Made by a program: the position numbers and the translations under genes. A DNA stretch of 64,000 nt from Podarcis tiliguerta (lineage: Eukaryota): NCBI GenBank assembly GCA_965153285.1, contig OZ229115.1, one strand, 5' to 3'. Within the stretch, counting starts at the first letter, position 1, and the number at the start of each line of letters is the position of its first letter. The notes beneath the pieces were generated by a model. The model was not told the DNA's origin. It saw only the letters and a list, made by a program, of their open reading frames with translations, and ran no database searches. This document shows, piece after piece, positions 24,501 to 37,080 of the stretch.

Positions 24501-27500
24501 AAACTTCGAAATACTGGACTCTGTGTGTTCTGTTAACAAGCAGAAAGTATAAAAGTAGCTGCTGTTTTGACTAATATCACCTGCTTAAACAGGAGAGGTA
24601 ACATATTTCTTTCTCTAGAGTACAGTAACTTTAGGACTGTTGAGTCACTCCTGTTAGATTAATACTGCGGATTTCTATTATATTGTACTGTGATTAAAAT
24701 GTGTAACTAGGTGTGCCTTTTACTTTTCTGCCACCTCTGCCTGGGTAACCATGTGTCTGCAACAAAGAGCCTTGTTGCACATTAAAGACCAATGCCTTGT
24801 GGCTGAATCTTTTGTGGGCTAGAGTCCCATCAGAATGAGGATTCATTTGAATTTCTCTCTGGTCTATGAAAGCCTGTGCCACAACACATTTGTTTCAATC
24901 TTTTAAGGTGCCACGAGATCCTGGGTGAAATACTGGCCTTGCCGTTCAACCCAAGGCATGCTTATTCAGAAGATACTGTATTTTTTGCTCTGTAAGACAC
25001 ACCTAGTTTTTAGAGGAGGAAAACAAGAAAAAAATATCTCTCCATCTCTGCTCAGTGCCTCCTCAGCGAAGCGGGAGGAGAAACGGAAGAGGCTCCATTT
25101 CTCCTCCCGCTTTGCTGAAGGGGCGCTGCGCCGCTCTCCTTCTTTGCGCAGCACCATTTGCTCCATAAGACACACACACATTTCGCCTTACTTTCTAGGA
25201 GGAAAAAAGTGTGTCTTATGGAGCGAAAAATACTCTCACTTATTTCTATTTCAGTTGCCACCTTGTATGAATCACATGCTTAAAGGGTCCAAAGGAAACT
25301 CCAAACTGACTTAGATTATTGTGATGGAACCATCTCTGTGTTTTTATCCATATATTACATTTGTTAATGAAATGAATTGAGTGTTGCAGTGGCAGGATTT
25401 TAACAAATTCTATATCTCTCTGTGCAACATGTCTCTATCTTCTGCCAGAATGGCATTCACCTGCTCATTCTGCAAGTTTCGAACATTTGAAGAAAAAGAC
25501 ATTGAAGCTCATCTGGAAAGTCCTGTTCACCAGGAAACGTTAGATCATATTCAGAAGCAAACCAAATTCGACAAGGTTGTGATGGAGTTTCTACATGTAA
25601 GTTGTCTAAATGGAGTTATGGATTGGCTTGTGAAATACACGATTCACTGTGCCAATAACCTTAAACTGGGAAAATTGAAACAGTATTTCTAACACCACAA
25701 GTAAAGTGATACATTTTTCTAAACAAATAATGATAAAGAGTTTTTAACACATACTTACTTGTTTTTCTACATGGAGTGTGTTGCATGACACAGCCCACCC
25801 CTCCTGCTAGGACCAGCACTTTAAAATAACCTTGCACCTTTCAGATACCAATTTGTGCCTTCATTTATACACTCAGGATAAATGCTTCATCTTGCTGCAT
25901 GGCAGGGATGGCACTGACCAAGAATAGCACAGTGACCAGGATCAAAAGAGCTTGCTTAGGCATGAGTGCTAGCTCAGGGGAATTCTCAAGATCTCTTCTT
26001 TCACTGGTGAACCCCTTTGCCGGATTGCAAAATGCTTTTGAATCTACTCAGTTACAAAAGCAGTTTGCAACACTGCAAATGGGGTAGTGGTGAAAGCCTC
26101 TTCTGTTTTCAGAAGATCTCTCTCTCTCTAAAGCACCCATCCTCTTTGGGCTCATCAAACTAATTTCATAATATTTTGGATCCTGGCCAGTGAGTCTGGT
26201 AGCTTCAGTATGTGGGAGGTGAATTTAAAACAAGTGAAGATAATGTTTGATTTCCTAAAAGTGATATACTCTCCCCCCCCCCCCCAGGAATGTATGGTGA
26301 ATAAATTCAAGAAGACCGCTATGCGTAAGCAGCAGACTACTAGCCAAATGGAAGCTGCCCAGATGACTGAAAAAGATGTTATGGAAGGCAAGTGGCCTAT
26401 GAAAGCGTCTGCTGTGTGTCAGCATAGCAAATTTGTCATGTAGGCACAGTCTAGAACTGTTATGTTAACAAGGCCAAATCATATTTCCTAAATTTGGTCA
26501 CCAACTCAGAATTTGGGGGTGCCGGTCTCTGGGATATGGCCTGTTTTTAGACACCTGCCAAAAACTTTTATTCCAGCAAGGCTACCACGGTGTATGGGAC
26601 GCGGGTGGCGCTGTGGGTTAAAGCCTCAGCACCTAGGGCTTGTCGATCGAAAGGGCGGCGGTTCGAATCCCTGCGGCGGGGTGCGCTCCTGTTGTTCGGT
26701 CCCAGCGTCTGCCAACCTAGCAGTTCGAAAGCACTCTCGGGTGCAAGTAGATAAATAGGGACGCTTACTAGCGGGAAGGTAAACGGCATTTCCGTGTGCG
26801 GCTCTGGCTCGCCAGAGCAGCGTTGTCATGCTGGCCACGTGACCCGGAAGTGTCTTCGGACAGCGCTGGCCCCCGGCCTCTTTGAGTGAGATGGGCGCAC
26901 AACCCTAGAGTCTGTCAAGACTGGCCCGTACGGGCAGGGGTACCTTTACCTTTACCTTTACCACGGTGTATAAGTTAGCTGTATTTGTATTATTTAGTTA
27001 TTCATTCTACTGATTTTATTTCTGATTTATTGATAATTAATTATATTTAATGTATATTTGTGTTTTAATAGTTTTGCAGATTTTGGCTGCATTTTATGGA
27101 TAATTTCATTACGTACACCGCTTAAAGAGTTTGTTGTCAAGAGGCCCTATGAATCTTACTTAATAAATGCATTTTGAAAATGATATTGGACTCAATGGGA
27201 CTTCCCATTTAACTATCAAGGGCAAATGGTTCTGTAAACCTAAGTGATTGTTACTTAAAACAATCAATTTTGGGTTTTGGGAGGAGAAATGTGGTAAATG
27301 TTGAAGAATTTTGTGTCACTGCACCAGGCATTTGCAAAACTCCCATATTTGATGCCTACTTGTAAATCTCCTCTGTATGTGATAGTATCATTAACAGGGA
27401 TAAATTTGAAAGAAATTCTTGTTTCTCCCTTTGTCTCATGGTTTACAAAATCGGTTTTGTTTGATATGCACACACAGATCCCTTAACCCTTACTACATGT

Positions 27501-30500
27501 CTTTCTGTTAGCATAATCTGTTACCCTTAACATATTTGTTTCTTTGCCAGGTGTCACGGCTGATGACCACATGATGAAAGTAGAGACTGTTCTCTGCTCT
27601 GCGTGCAGTGTTTATGTTCCTGCTCTACACAGTTCTGTTCAGCAGCACTTAAAGTCTCCTGAGCATGCAAAGGGAAAAACGGTAAAATTTGACTGTAGAG
27701 TTTTCCTTTTACCTTATTGATTGACCACTAAAGCAATAAAGATGGTCTAGTGCTGGCATCCCCAACCTTCGGTCTTCCAGATGTTTTGGACTACAATTCC
27801 CATCATCCCTGACCACTGGTCCTGTTAGGTAGGGATCATGGGAGTTGTAGACCAAAACATCTGGAGGGCCGCAGGTTGGGGGTGCCTGGTCTAGTGTGTG
27901 TCTTGGTCCGTTGCTTCATTGAGCCCATGCTTTCCCCCCTTTGTTTGCTTTGCCATTAGTATCAGCAACAGTTCATGATTACACCACACAGTAGTACAAA
28001 ATTTAACAATCCTGTTTAAGACATACCAGCTCCCGTGTAAATTAGCAGAAGAAAGGGAGAGTACCTAATGTGATGCATATATTTGGTTCTTATATTAAAT
28101 CTAAACGCAGTTGGGAAAGATCTGGCTGGGTAGTGGTGAAGTTTACATACTACCCCGGGGCTGTGGGTGCCACACAATCACAAACTATGGGATTGGCTTT
28201 CCCGGCCAACTGAAGATTTCACTTGGAATCTGATGATTCTGCTTGGCCACACCCGCAATCTAATCAGTGGTCCAGTGGTTTGCTCGCTAGGACTAAGCTG
28301 TAGATGGATACAGAATATTGACAAAGGCTAAGATCACCTTTAGTGCCAATCCTCCTCCTTGAATTTCAACTTTGATTAGATCGTTTTCCCCTAACTCTAT
28401 GGTTCTCTACACTTAGAATCATTTGAAAATGAGTAGAAAGCAAAACATAAGCTCAGTGCTCATTTGTGCAGACAGTTGGACATACACAGACAAAGTACGA
28501 CAGACCATTCCAAAAGCAATAAAGAGAACTCCATCCTGCCACAAATAAATGGTTAGCATTGCAGTTAATAATGACACCTCTGTAGTTGCTCTTATGATGG
28601 ACGAAGTCCAATCATAGTTTTGCACTTACTTGGCTTTCCCCGTGTATAGATTTAGCTTCCAAATAGGTGAGTACTAAACTCCAGTGAAACTTTTTCAGCA
28701 GTACTGCAGGTAACCTGAAGCAACCATGCACACATAGGATCATAAAGCCTTTGTGGCTCATAATGTATGGACTCCTATGAACAGGAGGAGGAGAGGTTAC
28801 CCCAAAATTATGTTGAAACACTGACAGGAAAGTAAACACTGATATTTTTCCTCTTTGGCGTAATAAGGAATTGTCTTGATATTTTTAGGAAAATAAGAAT
28901 TTTTTCACATTATTGAAAGTCCATTGAAAACCAAAATCTAAATATACAGGTTACTCCCCAGTATAAAAACAAGTTTAAAAAATGATAATAGCCTTAATCC
29001 AGTTGGTGCCTTTGCTGTCACAGAAATGCGTTGGAGAAGCATCCAATAATGGGGATGGGTTTCTTCCACCAATTTTCCTTCCTTCCTTCCTTCCTCTCTT
29101 CCTCTCTTCCTCTCTTCTTCTCTCCATCTGCCCCCTCAAGCTGTCCCAGTATTCTCAACAGATCCATTCTAGAGAGTTGGAGGTTACTCCAGAACAGAGT
29201 GGATAGTGGCACTGGGGGAGGGGGGGCTGGGGAAGGGTATTGGACAAAAATGACCTTGCCTCCCACTGTTCGAAATTAGCAGGGCGCCTGGCACATTTTG
29301 CACCTAAAGATTCTCCATTTGCGAGCACCTCCAAGAGTCTGGGTGCCATTTTTTGCACCTGGCTGACACTCAACGATTACTGAAATGTGTGTGCTTTGAA
29401 GCCTTGAAGTACCGTATTTTTCGCTCTATAAGACACACAAGACCACAAGACGCACCTAGTTTTTGAGGAGGAAAATAAGAAAAAAAATATTCTGAATCTC
29501 AGAAGCCAGAACAGCAAGAGGGATCGCTGTGCAGTGAAAGCAGCAATCTCTCTTGCTGTTCTGGCTTCTGGGATAGCTGCGCAGCCTACATTCGCTCCAT
29601 AAGACGCACACACATTTCCTCTTACTTTTTAGGACGGAAAAAGTGAGTCTTATAGAGCAAAAAATACGGTATATGCCAACAGCATTCTGTTTTGATTCCC
29701 ACAACCCAGGTCCCAGAAGTCATTTGGCTCTCAGGTTTTTTATCCCAGTTTCTAACACTGTTGCCTCCTCTTCTGCTACCTTGTTAGTTTTCCATTTATA
29801 GCTTGCTCTTATCATTTGGTCTCCTGTGGTTGACTGGAAGATGGATAGAATTTTATGTTCTCATCATTTCCCCCCTTGAGAAATCAGTGCTATTAATAGA
29901 TAACCAGTGAAGTAATTCATGTCCTATTTTGTATACAGCTTAAATTTAGTGATTGAATAAGTGTTTGGATGTGGTCACTTGGCAAGCCATACATTATTTT
30001 GATGAGATTAAGGGTGTTGCTAGCATGTTTTAAAAACACGGGAACTGCTTCAACACTTTATGAAGCCAACTTTATTTCCAGGTGTTGACAATAGGCCTCA
30101 AATAGTATGTGCTTGTATATCATAAAAATTAATGCAGACAAAACTGATTCATACTTAAATCAAAATCCTGTTCTGCAGTTGATCAGAACCAGTAGGGCTT
30201 GAAGATCATTGCAGATTCTTGTTTAATGATCCATAATAAATGTAAAACCACAGAGTGCCTGCTTCTAGAATGTGCTAGATAGTCCTAAACTATATCCTTT
30301 TATGATTGTACTAAAGCCAGTTGTTTAGTTGGTACATAGCACTCTTAACAGTAATTCAACTTTTTTCCTGAATATTTTACTTTTACTTTTCTCTTCAATA
30401 ACCAGTTCATATGTCTGGCTAATATTGCTTTTGTTATAATGGGAATGGGATGTCTCTTTGGAATAGGTTTCTAGTGCTTGTTTTTACAGTATAATCTTGT

Positions 30501-32650
30501 TTACAGACTTACAAAGAGCAAATTAAAAGAGAGAGTGTACTAACTGCTACCAGCATATTGAATAACCCAATTGTGAAGGCACGATATGAGCGCTATGTCA
30601 AGGTAAGCTTGCAGTATGACCTAACTTTTTAGCGGCAGATAAAGAATGCTTAAGATCGGCTCCTGCATGATTTCTCGATTTGATCATTTATAAGTGAAGT
30701 AATCCTATATTTTTAGTTGGGTAGCCGCACTTCACATCAGTATATAAAACAGCTGCAATCAGAATAAATAAAAAATAATTGATTGATCAGAAGGGCTTGT
30801 CTGTTGATCAATTAAAATGGCAAATATTTGTGTACTAAAATATTTCCAGTGCAAGAAACTTTATTTGTGTAATAATGCACAGCATACCTTAGAAATAGTA
30901 CTCCTTTGTGAGGTAGAAAGGATTAAGATAGTGGTTGTCATTTGAAGTTTTTTACTTGTTACTACTTCTTAAAAATCTGTTTGATAAGAGGGTGTTTTTA
31001 ATAAATTGAAATATTTCTGATCAATTAAAAGTTGCAGCTCTTAAGTAGAAACATGAATTTCAGCTTGAGTAGTACTCAGTATTAATTGCCTTCCATTGCC
31101 TTAAGACATAATTTGGTCTAAATGGAAGAAAATGGAACGTCTGGCTATCAAGTCATGAAAACCTCAGCAGCCTAATGTGGTTTGAGTTTGCGACTGTAGA
31201 TTAATTGGTAGGAGCAGTTTGGATTCCAAGTCCATTGTCCAGAGGGCCAGGCAGGGGCAGGCAAACCTCCCCTCTTGGAAGAAAGACTAATCAGTGCCTA
31301 CTGTAAAGCCCTGTTGATTGGTTGTTGGAGGAAAACCAAAAAGCAGTCTTTCTTTGTCTAGTTTCTGGCCTCTTGTTATTTGTAGGCATCTTTCAGGGCA
31401 CGGCCGTCACAAAGCAGCTTGCATAATCAAGAAATAAAATACATAGAAGGAAAACTACCATAATGGAACATACAATTTTAAAATGCACAGGTCACTTTGC
31501 TTAAATGTTACTGAGTAGTACAACAGAAGACTAGTAATACTTATAACGCTTGCATCTTTTGCGACATTAAAAGATCTCTTTTAGGAAAAGATGTCGTTTG
31601 AAATAAATAGGTAAACAGTAAAACTTGTAGGTTGGAAATGACATGCACATCTGTGGGTAGGGATTCCCTATATGTATTCCATTTAATCACTGGGCAGCTA
31701 GAAATGGCATTGTAGAGGTGGACAGGGAAGGAATAGCAACTGAAGGCAGATTATCCACCTTACTCATATCCCTGCCTGGCTTTCACCAGCAGAGCTGAAG
31801 TAAGCGCATGACAGCATTCCTCTGTCTGACCTCTGATTCCCCCAGCCCCAAATTATTTCCCTTCCACTGTTCCCAATAGTAGGGAAATTCACTACATTAG
31901 GTTTTCTCCCTGGTTTGTAGGTATGTCAGGTACTGGGAAGGCTGGATCCTTCAGATCCATGCTTGTCCCTGGCACGCTTCCAGTCTTATCAATAGCATGC
32001 CCGCTTTTCACCCTGACTGACACCAGAGTTGGTCAACAGCTGAATAAATTTACATGGCATTGGAAAGAAGCATCCAACATTGGATCACCGTGATGAGATC
32101 GAACAGAGGTCTCTATCCTCAGAGAGAGATCTAATGCTTCCTTTGTTCTCTGAGATGCCTTCCCAGAAATCATAAGATTTTGGGGTTAGTGTGTTACCTG
32201 TCTGGTCCTCCCCCTCCCCGATTGTGATTTTATTGAACTTTGTAGAATATGTGACCAAAAAACAATTAATCCTGCTTGTTCCTGCACGTACATTTTAAAT
32301 GCAGGCTATCGTTTTACTTATTTATATTTGCAGCAGTTTCGTAACACTCATTATTTAAAGATGCCTTCTAAGCATGCCATGGGAATTGTGTATCCGGTTT
32401 TATCCTTGCATCTTCCACTGCGTTCTTCACCCAACATGCTTTGCCCAGTGTTGCTAATATTTATCAATGTTCTTGCTAGGGTGAAAATCCATTTGAAGTT
32501 ACTGATCAAACTCCTGAGCAGCAAGCGGAAGAAGACAAGGCAGACGAACCTGTGGAGGAGGAGGAAGAGGAAGCAGAAGCCGAGGAAGAAGAGGAAGCCG
32601 AGACTGCAGAACAAACCGACTTCACTCTTGACCAAACAGAGGATGCTTAA
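9289..32650 (+). CDS. ZNF326: ZNF326 / ZIRD, DBIRD complex subunit (AKAP95-family zinc finger protein); spliced CDS span, 12 coding exons
   Basis: Exon translations match ZNF326 hallmarks: MDRDYGHG..., [28 protein letters not shown]...[59 protein letters not shown] (ZnF1), [24 protein letters not shown] (ZnF2), [27 protein letters not shown] + acidic tail. Splice phases are consistent throughout. Confidence 0.97.
11634..11844. mobile_element. hAT-type MITE in ZNF326 intron 1
   Basis: CAGGGGTCAGCAAA...TTTGCCTACCCATG termini; 8-bp TSD GTTTAAAG. Confidence 0.85.
11993..12113 (+). CDS. ZNF326: ZNF326 coding exon 2 ([41 protein letters not shown])
   Basis: ttcctttcttAG acceptor, CAG|GTAAAA donor; 121 nt, phase 1 to 2. 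Confidence 0.95.
13936..14299. other. N-run (364 nt) covering most of a coding exon
   Basis: Direct reading. Confidence 0.99.
13962..14367 (+). CDS. ZNF326: ZNF326 coding exon 3, mostly inside the N-run; only 14300-14367 visible, start estimated
   Basis: Visible 3' end encodes [22 protein letters not shown]|GTAAGT. Start inferred from the ~406-nt orthologous human exon (recalled) and the required 3n+1 length. Confidence 0.8.
16587..16782 (+). CDS. ZNF326: ZNF326 coding exon 4 ([17 protein letters not shown]...IKRKM...KKPKL..., bipartite NLS)
   Basis: tgtttacAG acceptor, A|GTAAGT donor; 196 nt, phase 0 to 1. Confidence 0.95.
17610..17746. mobile_element. Old hAT (MER5/Charlie-like) MITE
   Basis: CAGGTTTTCCCAACC...GGTTGGGGAATGCTG termini; related to 27753 and 45211. 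Confidence 0.65.
18973..19007 (+). CDS. ZNF326: ZNF326 candidate 35-nt exon ([12 protein letters not shown])
   Basis: Long pyrimidine tract + taatAG, GAG|GTAACG donor; phase 1 to 0 exactly bridges exon 4 and the 85-nt exon. Confidence 0.7.
21377..21461 (+). CDS. ZNF326: ZNF326 candidate 85-nt acidic exon ([28 protein letters not shown])
   Basis: tttgacctttcattAG acceptor, AAG|GTAAGC donor; open frame, phase 0 to 1, purine-rich exonic composition. Confidence 0.75.
23469..23583 (+). CDS. ZNF326: ZNF326 coding exon ([39 protein letters not shown])
   Basis: gtttttAG acceptor, CAG|GTTTGT donor; 115 nt, phase 1 to 2. Confidence 0.95.
24976..25233 (+). mobile_element. Tc1/mariner (Tigger-like) MITE
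   Basis: TA+C(C/T)GTATTTTT TIR family, related to 29412 and 49503. Confidence 0.75.
25449..25596 (+). CDS. ZNF326: ZNF326 exon encoding AKAP95-type zinc finger 1
   Basis: [49 protein letters not shown]; ccAG acceptor, GTAAGT donor; 148 nt. Confidence 0.97.
26288..26387 (+). CDS. ZNF326: ZNF326 exon ([16 protein letters not shown]...EKDVME), followed by a GC donor
   Basis: Poly-C tract + CAG acceptor; AAG|GCAAGT donor; 100 nt, phase 0 to 1. Confidence 0.93.
26596..26960 (+). mobile_element. Sauria SINE, full length
   Basis: tRNA-like head, (ACCTTT)n tail, TSD ccacggtgtat. Confidence 0.95.
27551..27681 (+). CDS. ZNF326: ZNF326 exon encoding zinc finger 2
   Basis: [44 protein letters not shown]; 131 nt, phase 1 to 0. 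Confidence 0.97.
27753..27888. mobile_element. hAT MITE (palindromic)
   Basis: 8-bp TSD GTCTAGTG; internal hairpin symmetry. Confidence 0.85.
29412..29669 (+). mobile_element. Tc1/mariner (Tigger-like) MITE
   Basis: TIR CCGTATTTTTCGCTCTATAAGAC, TA TSD; highly similar copy at 49503-49761. Confidence 0.85.
30507..30602 (+). CDS. ZNF326: ZNF326 exon ([32 protein letters not shown])
   Basis: tttacAG acceptor, AAG|GTAAGC donor; 96 nt. Confidence 0.96.
32480..32650 (+). CDS. ZNF326: ZNF326 terminal coding exon (GENPFEV...acidic tail...QTEDA*)
   Basis: tcttgctAG acceptor; Glu-rich tail; TAA at 32648-32650. Confidence 0.95.
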   Translation, partial: GENPFEVTDQTPEQQAEEDKADEPVEEEEEEAEAEEEEEAETAEQTDFTLDQTEDA

Positions 32651-33141
32651 ATGCGTGAAATGTGCACAAGTAGAGGAAAATGCCGCTTTATTTTTATTGT
32701 TTCCGTGGCTAAGTGTAAAATTTATAGTAGTTAGAAATAAGGCTTTTTACCATCCCTACGCTATGCATGCATTCCATTTAAATTGAAAATGTGTTTGTTA
32801 CTTTGTTTTTACCTTTGCTTAAAATGAAGACAAAGCTCTTTTTAGTTTAGCTTTAATAGTAAGCCGGCGGCTGTTAGATTCGATTAAACATTGTATGGTG
32901 TATGTGTTCTTAATGTTTTCCTCTCTTGGTGTTGAGAATCGGAAATAAAGGAACTAGACCGTTTAATCATTTCAGCACAAAGGTATTTCAAGTGAATGCT
33001 ACAGCTACTTTGTTTTAGAATGCATAAACTTTAAGAATTATGTTGTGAGTGTGGCCGTCTTTTGGACTGCATCACTCATTGTAAAATACATGTTACAATA
33101 TATCTTGTAGTCTTTTTGTGATAAAGATGTATGTTTGTAGC

Positions 33142-33147
33142 AATAAA
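33142..33147 (+). terminator. Poly(A) signal of ZNF326 (3' UTR about 0.5 kb)
   Basis: AATAAA preceded by TGTA motifs and followed by a GT-rich element (tagtgttttgttgtttt); another AATAAA at 32944. Confidence 0.75.
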
Positions 33148-33794
33148 ACATTTTAGAAATCTTAGTGTTTTGTTGTTTTAAGCATTGGGGCAGGGAAACA
33201 ATAATTGAAAACAGTTAAACATTAGTAGAATTAAAACTATATATTAAAAATGTACAGATAAGCACAACAAAGGCAGCATAGCACCAGCCCACTTATTAAA
33301 AGCAGTCAGTTCACAAAAGTCTGTTGAAACAAGGTGGTCTTCACCTGCTGGCAGAAGAACAACAAAGAGGGAGCCAGTCTTAACTTTTTATAGGGAGGGA
33401 GCAGACACTGAGAAGGCCCTGTTGATCTGTGCTGTATGAATGCTGTTGGAAAGCAGCCTAGTGGCTCTGCTCCACCTAGAAAGCTGTTGCTAACATGTTG
33501 CTACAAAGGCCAAACAAAATTTTGCTTTGCTTTCCATTGTTTGTCTTGTATATTTCTGAAAGGTGGCAGCCCCCATCCTCGAGACGTCCTTCAGACTATC
33601 TACAATGGACTACGCACTTACCTTATGAAAAACCAGTCTTCCCTTGGTCAAAACCTAACAGTTTCCCCCAGACCCTTGAATTCTCCCACCTCCCTATTAA
33701 AGTGAAAGACCCCACAGGCGGAATTAGGTTCACTGCTTGGTGTATGGGCACTATTTTACCTTGTGCTAACCTGTTTGTCTCCACTAGTTTTAAA

Positions 33795-34136
33795 GGTTAA
33801 AGCCTCAGCGCCTAGGACTTGCTGATCGAAAGGTCGGCGGTTCGAATCCCCGTGGTGGGGTGCGCTCCTGTTGTTCGGTCCCAGCGCCTGCCAACCTAGC
33901 AGTTTGAAAGCACTCTCGGGTGCAAGTAGATAAATAGGGACCGCTTACTAGCGGGAAGGTAAACGGCGTTTCCGTGTGCGGCTCTGGCTTGCCAGAGCAG
34001 CGATGTCACGCTGGCCACGTGACCCGGAAGTGTCTTCGGACAGCGCTGGCCCCCGGCCTCTTTGAGTGAGATGGGCGCACAACCCTAGAGTCTGTCAAGA
34101 CTGGCCCGTACGGGCAGGGGTACCTTTACCTTTACC
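33795..34136 (+). mobile_element. Sauria SINE (5'-truncated)
   Basis: Near-identical to the 26596 copy; ACCTTT tail. Confidence 0.92.
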
Positions 34137-35497
34137 TAGCTTGTTTGTTGGTCCTTACCACAGAGGTATGAACTCTGGGCTCTCCAGAATATCTTTGGGT
34201 AATGATCATTTGTCCCAGCCAGCATTGTCTTTGGGGAAGCATTGTAGCTCAGAAGAAGGAGACGACTTCAGTTCTGATTCCCGGCATCTCGTGGGACTGG
34301 AGGACAGTGCTGTCTGAAATTTTGGAGAGTCGGAGTAGACCAGGAATGGGGAACATTTATCAGAGATGGTGGAGGGCCACACAGTTCTCAACCCAAGTGA
34401 AGACAATGATGGACCCGTGGCCCAACATAACTCAGCTTCCTACCACAGGAGTTGATGTCTGGCCATAGCTAGAAGCCACAAGTGTTCCTCTTCTGTCTTA
34501 TCGTAATAATACTGTGGAATAGAGCTTATAAATATATCAGGCTAACTTCCGTAGTTAACAGAAATTTGCCATACCCAAACTGGTTAAAAGCAGAAATTGG
34601 AAATGAGTTGCAATACCAACCCAGATGTCGATGCTGGGTTTCATTTAAATTACCATTCCTTCTTGACATTGCGATGCTGTGCGCCTTGATGCGGTGTGTT
34701 ACACCGGGAACTTTAGGAAGCCTTTGTGCGCTGGAGTTTTTGTCCTAGCTTCCACGAAGGGGTTAATACGTTTTCAGCCCTAGGGGTTTTTTGATTGCCT
34801 GTCTGTGCTGAGGTCATTGTCACTCTTAAATGACAGATGTCTTCCTGAAAATCCCTTGCATCTTCCCTTGTGATGTAAAGTTCAGCAACTGCAATAACAG
34901 GGTGTTGTTCTCTAATAACTGTTAAATTTATTCTTTAGAGATTTTGCAAAAATGTCCTCTTGCTCCTACAGGGACTCCCTTGGCACTGAAGTCTGCGTTT
35001 TCTTTTTGCATAATGCCTGTAGATTTAGAGTCACCGTACTCCCAGTTGTACAGCTTCTCTAGCCCTGGTTCAGTGCTGCTGAAATGCTCGTAAATCTCCT
35101 TTCTTCGAGCGGCTTTGTGCAGCAGCTGGGGTACGACAATAAGGTCCCTGATCTGTAATTCCAGACAGCCCCTGCGGGGTGTTGGGAATGACCAATCGCG
35201 AGCCTCCGTGTCAGTTTAAATGATGAAGCTCAGAGAAGGATGCAATCCCCAAGACGTAATTATCCAATGCTTCCTATTTGTATTCTCCAGCTAAGTCCTT
35301 TCCATACCGGATGGATGTTGGTTGGGAATGCTGTCACGATTGCAAAGCATAAATTCCTGTTTCAGAGACCAGGTTTCTAAATGAAGTGCGTTTAAAAGTT
35401 GGGCTTGGCAGCAGTTCGACTAAGAAGAATTGCACTTTAAAAAGGGTTTGCTTAAGATTAATAAAATAACTATTTGAATAAGGTACCCAGCAGAAGA

Positions 35498-35858
35498 GGG
35501 ACGCGGGTGGCGCTGTGGGTAAAAGCCTCAGTGCCTAGGACTTGCCGATCGAAAGGTCGGCGGTTCGAATCCCCGCGGCGGGGTGCGCTCCCGTCGTTCG
35601 GTCCCAGCGCCTGCCAACCTAGCAGTTCGAAAGCACTCCCGGGTGCAAGTAGATAAATAGGGACCGCTTACTAGCGGGAAGGTAAACGGCGTTTCCGTGT
35701 GCTGCGCTGGCTCACCAGATGCGGCTTTGTCACGCTGGCCACGTGACCCGGAAGTGTCTCCGGACAGCGCTGGCCCCCGGCCTCTTGAGAGAGATGGGCG
35801 CACAACCCTAGAGTCTGTCAAGACTGGCCTGTATGGGCAGGGGTACCTTTACCTTTTA
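35498..35858 (+). mobile_element. Sauria SINE, full length
   Basis: TSD cccagcagaaga; CpGs largely intact. Confidence 0.95.
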
Positions 35859-36785
35859 CCCAGCAGAAGAGCTGCACGATGGAATGTCTTCTTTGCCTGA
35901 ACTTTTGATTTAATGCACCTCATGTTCATGGGGGGGGGGTGCTCCTTGTGTGAAGGAAGTCTCACTGAGTTCAGTGTCAAAACCGATGCTGCCAACTTCA
36001 CATCTCCTTAATCCAGCATCTGAAACGGCACATGCAGCCTCCTATTGCTGGATACATGAATTCAGCCAGGCTATGTACGCAAGCAATACTGTTCATCAGT
36101 GGCAGATTTTCCCAACAGAAACATAAATACCCTATAACCATTTCATCACATTAGAGCTTTACTAAAATGGTGATAAAATAAGTGCATTGCTGTTTCAGAA
36201 GCTATTCATTTCTCACAAAAAGAGAGAAAAGGTTGCTTTTTTATTTTCTTTTGAGTAGCCTTATATTTCCCCCCCGGTGAAATATATGAAGCTTTATTTA
36301 AATACTCTTGCACTTGCCTTTATATGAAAGTAGGCAGAATATACTTGGGGAGGTACCAGTTCTTTGCCTCGGTAGAAAATTGGCTTCCAGAATCTAGGAC
36401 TCTGCCTGTAGCCTGTGCAAGATGCTTTAATGGCCCCCAAGTTATGTCTTTCATCCTGCCGCCTCAAAGGTATTTTGTTGCTTTTCTCCCTCCGCGTGGG
36501 ACTGTCTTTAGTATTCAAGTTAAGCAATTTGGGCAGCAAGTTTCCCATAATTGCCTCGGGGACCCCCTATTTGCTCCCCACTGAAGTGCTCTGAATATAT
36601 ACATTGTGCAAATGGAGCTGGCTATCTAATCTGTCTTCTGTGGATCTCTGCTGCAGCTTTAACCAAAGGTTTGTTCTCAAAAGGGGATTGGTTCCAGATA
36701 GGAAGGTGGTATCTTCTGCTCACGTTGCATCTCTTCATCATCATCATCTGGTTTTTTCTTCCTCCAAGCAACCATTCCAATAGAT

Positions 36786-36994
36786 CAGGCATGTCCAAAG
36801 TCTGTTTTGGGGGCCTAATCCGGTCCGCCGGTCAATTTAATCAGGCCCCCATGGCAGTATATGTCCTGGGGGTAAAATCCTAAAAAAAGCTCAGCAACTA
36901 AAAATCCTAAAAAGAGCTCAACAATTTTGGTTGGCCCTCACACATGTTCACTTCACAAATCTGGTCCTCTTTGAAAAAAGTTTGGGCACCCCTG
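36786..36994. mobile_element. hAT MITE
   Basis: CAGGCATGTCCAAA...TTTGGGCACCCCTG; degenerate 8-bp TSD. Confidence 0.75.
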
Positions 36995-37080
36995 CTTTAG
37001 ATATTCTGCTTGTATAAGAAGGAGTAGCTGTGAATGTTTTCTTTTTTTAAACAGAGGAAAATTGTTTTATTATTTTTATA

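Noticed and set aside
32328-32786. 152-aa Lys/Arg-rich ORF
   Set aside because: Alternative-frame shadow of the Glu-rich terminal ZNF326 exon
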